Shown in pieces: positions 59,559 to 64,000 of a DNA stretch of 64,000 nucleotides. The stretch comes from an uncultured archaeon (lineage in GTDB: Archaea; Asgardarchaeota; Thorarchaeia; Thorarchaeales; Thorarchaeaceae). The stretch spans positions 32,001 to 96,000 of the forward strand of contig CAYWJO010000007.1 in assembly GCA_964458565.1 (NCBI GenBank). The letters are read 5' to 3'. The position numbers and the translations under genes are program-made. Position 1 is the stretch's first letter; each line of letters begins with the position of its first letter. The notes under the pieces were generated by a model. That model did no database searches, was not told the DNA's origin, and saw only the letters and a list, made by a program, of their open reading frames with translations.

Positions 59559-61271
59559 TCATGTAAATGGTAATATTGTAGCTAACATCCATCCAAAAAT
59601 CAGTCCATTCAGGATGGCGGCGAGATAGTAGTTACCTGTCATTTTGTAGCAAAATACTATGATTACTGCACCTACAGCAAACCAGGGTGTGAATGCGAAG
59701 AAGAAGAGGAAGGAAAATCCAATCAGTCCTTGTGCCACTGGAAATCCTGTGAGGAGTCCCACTCCCATCTGCATAGCGATGAGTAAGAGATACGGGATGC
59801 ATTTGATAAATCCTGCTAGAATGGATGATTTTGTTATCGATCTGACAGGGCTTCCTGGAGCATCTGTTTTCATGATGCCCATCAACCACATTCCTTCAAC
59901 TAGACTATATATCATAAAGACAACAAAGTATAACGGAACATAGATTGCTCTAAGCGCAGTTAGGTCATTTAACCCTGGTAAGAAAGCTCGAAACTCTAAG
60001 ACGAATCCAATATCTACAACAAGTGTCCATGCATATAACCATACAAACACAACCAATGCAAGCACAAGTGTCTTCACAAACTTTGGAACAAATTTCACCC
60101 CTTCTCCCATTGTCCAGAGTCGTTTCCACTCGAGCCCCGACGGTTTCCTCGTTCTAAGAATGATATATAGGACCAGAGCAGCAATCAGTGCACTTCCCAA
60201 TATCCATGAGATAATTGAAGTTGCACGATACTGTGGTGATGGAAGGAACATACCAACTGCAAGCAGCGGAAGGAAACAACCCGCTCCAATTATTGCATAT
60301 ACTGAACCATAACCTAAGTATAGCTTTGTTGTTGCGGTATACTCCATTTCACGCTCATTCTTGAGACCACTGAAAGGTTTCAAATCAATTAGAATGGCTA
60401 TGAGAGGAAAGATCGTCAAGACAATACCAAGTACGCTCAGAAAACCCCCAACCAACCATAGTTGGTATATTTGGCTCTCGGAAGGGATCCAGTAGGAATC
60501 CTCTGTACCTTTCAGACTGTCCTTCACCCATTCAACAGTTTCACTCACAAAGAGTGGATCAACTGTGGAGAACAGGTGATTTGTCCGTGATACTATTAGT
60601 CTTCGCGCTGTTCCACTTGAAAAGTCACCATAGGTCACTCCAACCTCTATATCAGTTACTCCAAACGATGGTTCCAAGGCGGTGATATTCAGGGGATAGA
60701 TTAACTCATCAAACTCTCCCACTGCGACCAACATGTTGTTCGGGTAAGTCGAATTGGCTATAGCTCGCACCCGACTTCCAACAAGAACTATTGCATTAAT
60801 TGTTTGTTCCGAATCATCTAATGCACTCCATGAAATGTCTCCTCCCATGCTATGACCTATTAATGCCAATTGACTTTCATCGACAAAGTCACGATTTGCC
60901 AGATAGTCAATTGCCGCAGCTCCGCTCCCTGAACCCGGATCTGAATTTCCATGACCATTAGCATCTATTGTAAGCACGACAAACCCCCTTCGAGCAATCT
61001 CGATTCCAAATGCCATGAGCCACTCCTTGCTCTGAAGTATCCCGTGGATTACAACCACTCCAGGCATTGGATTTGACGAAGTTGCCTCAACAGGTTTTTG
61101 CAAAGTGCTATGGATCATGGATCCATCAGAGGATTGAAAATCAGCCTCCGTAACAATGACGGAACCAAATCCACTTTGAATTGTACCTGCTAGTCCAACG
61201 CCAGATAGCATAATCACCATACTGACAACTAGAACAACATACCTTAGTTTCATCTTGTGCGACTCCTGCAA
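59559..61271 (-). CDS. Membrane-bound alpha/beta hydrolase
   Basis: N-terminal TM, VVIHG, GHG.S, GHSMGG, G.FDE, H; about 8 C-terminal TM. Confidence 0.88.
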   Translation of the reverse strand: MQESHKMKLRYVVLVVSMVIMLSGVGLAGTIQSGFGSVIVTEADFQSSDGSMIHSTLQKPVEATSSNPMPGVVVIHGILQSKEWLMAFGIEIARRGFVVLTIDANGHGNSDPGSGSGAAAIDYLANRDFVDESQLALIGHSMGGDISWSALDDSEQTINAIVLVGSRVRAIANSTYPNNMLVAVGEFDELIYPLNITALEPSFGVTDIEVGVTYGDFSSGTARRLIVSRTNHLFSTVDPLFVSETVEWVKDSLKGTEDSYWIPSESQIYQLWLVGGFLSVLGIVLTIFPLIAILIDLKPFSGLKNEREMEYTATTKLYLGYGSVYAIIGAGCFLPLLAVGMFLPSPQYRATSIISWILGSALIAALVLYIILRTRKPSGLEWKRLWTMGEGVKFVPKFVKTLVLALVVFVWLYAWTLVVDIGFVLEFRAFLPGLNDLTALRAIYVPLYFVVFMIYSLVEGMWLMGIMKTDAPGSPVRSITKSSILAGFIKCIPYLLLIAMQMGVGLLTGFPVAQGLIGFSFLFFFAFTPWFAVGAVIIVFCYKMTGNYYLAAILNGLIFGWMLATILPFT

Positions 61272-61347
61272 TCGTGCCCCCTTTCTATGCTTGCCAAGAT
61301 ATATCTCATTGGGTTAACTTGAATGTATAATGCGATGGTGATTTTGA

Positions 61348-61977
61348 GTGCCTGAATGGGATGCTATCTTCAAGGAACAAGGGCGGGTTTTCACAGACCC
61401 CCATCCGGATATGAAGCGCATTACTGAGATGTTTCAGGAACGAGATATTAGACGAATACTCGATCTGGGGTGCGGTACTGGACGTCATCTAATCTATCTC
61501 TCAAAATGTGGTTTTGATATGTATGGATTTGATTCATCTCCCACAGCAATAGAGATTGCATCTCAGTGGGTAAAAACTGAGAGATTTGATGTACCAATTA
61601 TACTGCATAGAATGGAAGAGCCATTTCCATACGATGACAACTTCTTTGATGCTGTGATTTCTATTCAGGTCATTCATCATAACCTCACAAGAGATATCTT
61701 GATTACTGTGGAAGAAACAGAGCGTGTTCTTAGGAGTGGTGGTTTCTTTTTTGTTACATTACCCATTCTCACGACCGGACCTATGAATGATGATGATGAT
61801 TGGGCACTTGAGAAAATCGAAGAAGGTACTTATTTGCCAATGAAAGGACCCGAAAGTGGTATTCCACATCATTACTTCACAATAGATGAAATTAATGATG
61901 TTTTCAGAAATTTCAATATAATTGAATTATTCACTGACTCCAATAATCATCGTTGTATTCTTGGAATTAAGAGATGA
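61348..61977 (+). CDS. Class I SAM-dependent methyltransferase
   Basis: ILDLGCGTGRH, PY.D..FDAV, RVL..GG. Confidence 0.9.
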   Translation: MPEWDAIFKEQGRVFTDPHPDMKRITEMFQERDIRRILDLGCGTGRHLIYLSKCGFDMYGFDSSPTAIEIASQWVKTERFDVPIILHRMEEPFPYDDNFFDAVISIQVIHHNLTRDILITVEETERVLRSGGFFFVTLPILTTGPMNDDDDWALEKIEEGTYLPMKGPESGIPHHYFTIDEINDVFRNFNIIELFTDSNNHRCILGIKR

Positions 61978-61979
61978 AC

Positions 61980-63164
61980 CTACTCAAGTCCGAAATATGG
62001 AAAAATAAGATTCTTTACTTTAGCAATCGATTCATCTACTGCTCTCTGCACCTTGGTATGCTGAGTTTCAGGTAGTCGCTGTGGTCGATCTGTCCATCCA
62101 CCACGTTGCACATCAAATCCATAACTATGGCAGAGTTTTATCCATTCAGCAGGTAAAACCGGCGGAAGTGCAATATCTGCTAGATCTGCAAGTAAAATTG
62201 TCCATATCTTAGCAGTTGGCACTGGATTATAACCGCCCCCGCCAAGAATGACCAATTGTCTATTTCCAAGATGTACAAGTTGTCTCACTGTCATCGAAAG
62301 TCGACGATATGTTTCGTAAGTCAGCATGAGGTCTGCAAGTGGGTCCTGCATATGTGCATCAGCACCGGCATTCCACATTACAAAATCAGGCTTGTACGCC
62401 AACCAGATGGGAATCACAGCATCTTCAAATGCATTTGCGAACTCAACATCATCTGTCAGGGGTGGTAGCGGTATATTTACGGAGTACCCCTTGCCTTCTC
62501 CAATCCCCATATCTTCCGGTCTACCTGTTCCTGGAAAGAATCCCAAGCTCAGCTCATGCATTGAGATAGTTAGTACATTTGGATCATCATAGAATGCCTC
62601 TTGTACTCCATTACCATGATGCACGTCAGTATCTAAATACAGAACCTTCTTGTTTGGGAACTTCTCTTTGTATGCTTTGAGAGCACACGCGCAGTCATTA
62701 TAGTAACAGAATCCAGCCGCATTATCTCGAGAAGCATGATGAAATCCTCCAAAGAAGGACATAGCATCCTCAAATCTTCCCTCTGCTACTCCCATTACTG
62801 CATCTATTGTAGCACCAACAGGATAGCTTGCATATTTGTGCATGTCAGTAAAGACTGGATTTTCATCAGTATCCAACCCGAGACGTGAGGAAAATGCATA
62901 ACCCGTGTTACCAAAAAGCTCCACTGTTTCAATGTATGATTGGTCATGGTATAATCCTAATTCGTCCCTTGTCGCCAATCGCATCAGTTGTAGGGATATA
63001 CTTTCACTTTCAGTCATCCCTGCCATGACTGGAAGCTTCCACGTGATTTCAAAGCGTGCACGGTTCCAAAATGGGTTTGGTTCAGGTCTAGTTCTCTCTA
63101 GGTCATCTATCCCCTCCATAAGTAAAAACTCAAGAGGGTCGTACAATGCAGTCAACCTAGACAA
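61980..63164 (-). CDS. Histone-deacetylase/AcuC family Zn deacetylase
   Basis: GGFHHA, GFCYYND, YLD.DVHHGNG, FPGTG, GADAH..DPL, GGGGY. Confidence 0.93.
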   Translation of the reverse strand: MSRLTALYDPLEFLLMEGIDDLERTRPEPNPFWNRARFEITWKLPVMAGMTESESISLQLMRLATRDELGLYHDQSYIETVELFGNTGYAFSSRLGLDTDENPVFTDMHKYASYPVGATIDAVMGVAEGRFEDAMSFFGGFHHASRDNAAGFCYYNDCACALKAYKEKFPNKKVLYLDTDVHHGNGVQEAFYDDPNVLTISMHELSLGFFPGTGRPEDMGIGEGKGYSVNIPLPPLTDDVEFANAFEDAVIPIWLAYKPDFVMWNAGADAHMQDPLADLMLTYETYRRLSMTVRQLVHLGNRQLVILGGGGYNPVPTAKIWTILLADLADIALPPVLPAEWIKLCHSYGFDVQRGGWTDRPQRLPETQHTKVQRAVDESIAKVKNLIFPYFGLE

Positions 63165-63282
63165 CTAAATACCTCCAATTCGAACATATGATGTATTGCT
63201 TAACTATTTTAGACTACTGCATTCATCCCGTGAAAATTAACATAAAACGATTATCCTGTCGCCGATTTATTGTGTTTCTTTT

Positions 63283-64000
63283 TTACAGGCTGATACTTTT
63301 GAGAAATTGTTTTGTTTCATTTTTCCCAATTATGATTGATAGCCCTTTGCCGGTATCTTCTCTTACCTTGGTAAACATCATTGGGTCAGACCTAGACAAA
63401 ATCTCCAAACCACTTTTCATTACTTCAGCATACCTTTCTTTTCCTTCCAGATTTCCTTTCTTATCGAGAATTGTAACCGTTCTTGCCACCTTTCGAAGAA
63501 CTCTTGCTAGTGACTTAGTATCAACATCCTCTTGAGCTATCATCTCTTCTAGTTTATCGATATTGCTTACTTTATCGTTCTCTCCACCAATACGACCCTC
63601 AATGAACTTTGATATCATTGGTCTTATTGAATCAGTAGTCATTTTCGAAAAATCCTGTGGAATATTTCCAAGAGTAGCTTCTAGATCTTTGATGACATCT
63701 TCGCCAACAGCTTCTTTTACCTTATCTCTGATTAGCTGTCCTATCGCGCCAGGAATCGATTTTTCCTCTTTTAACTCGTGTTTTGGCTCAGAAACACTAA
63801 TCTCTGGTTTCACATCTTGTTTGGGTACTTCAGTAATAGGGCCTGTAATGGCGAACAATCCTTGACTTAATGGACTTTCAATATGTTCACTAGCCAATTG
63901 CAGTACCATTTCATCAATCTCTCCAACTCCGAAATTCTTGGCAGCAAAATACGAATACGCAAGAAGTGGTTCAAGCCCTCCCGAATTATCTACTTGATAC
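63283..64000 (-). CDS. Hypothetical helical protein, 5' end beyond window
   Basis: Frame stays open upstream of ATG 63909 to the window edge (YQVDNSGGLEPLLAYSYFAAK...). Confidence 0.7.
   Translation of the reverse strand, partial: YQVDNSGGLEPLLAYSYFAAKNFGVGEIDEMVLQLASEHIESPLSQGLFAITGPITEVPKQDVKPEISVSEPKHELKEEKSIPGAIGQLIRDKVKEAVGEDVIKDLEATLGNIPQDFSKMTTDSIRPMISKFIEGRIGGENDKVSNIDKLEEMIAQEDVDTKSLARVLRKVARTVTILDKKGNLEGKERYAEVMKSGLEILSRSDPMMFTKVREDTGKGLSIIIGKNETKQFLKSISL

Overview
Archaeal chromosomal window, most likely from an Asgard archaeon (probably Thorarchaeia). This is inferred from archaeal information-processing genes (SRP19, Gar1, TFE-beta/RPC34-like, Trm1, RlmE), BHB-intron tRNAs, an actin-related protein and a longin-domain protein. 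Most of the window is housekeeping or metabolic: OFOR beta/gamma, GH13 glucosidase, pyrB, dCMP deaminase, a K+-independent membrane pyrophosphatase, an acetate module (CoA-transferase-GNAT / OFA-MFS / Acs), AsnC with archaeal asparagine synthetase, and an HDAC. Accessory stretches lie at 1-5.6 kb (duplicated ABC-2 exporter module, a secreted protein and a broken gene) and 12.3-19.3 kb (987-aa multidomain secreted protein, three-gene VapC module and a 5'-truncated TnpB). The best candidates for undescribed biology are: (i) a split PEP-synthase-type dikinase at 55.7-59.3 kb, with separate ATP-grasp and phospho-His swivel genes divergent from two uncharacterised genes; (ii) an actin-like protein lacking subdomain 4; (iii) a TnpB with a Fanzor-type rearranged RuvC; (iv) a clan-CD-protease/lipase/Ca-repeat secreted protein; (v) a tripartite toxin-antitoxin locus; and (vi) three tRNAs carrying four introns, two of them at non-canonical D-loop positions. 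All family calls come from motif recognition by eye; no searches were run.
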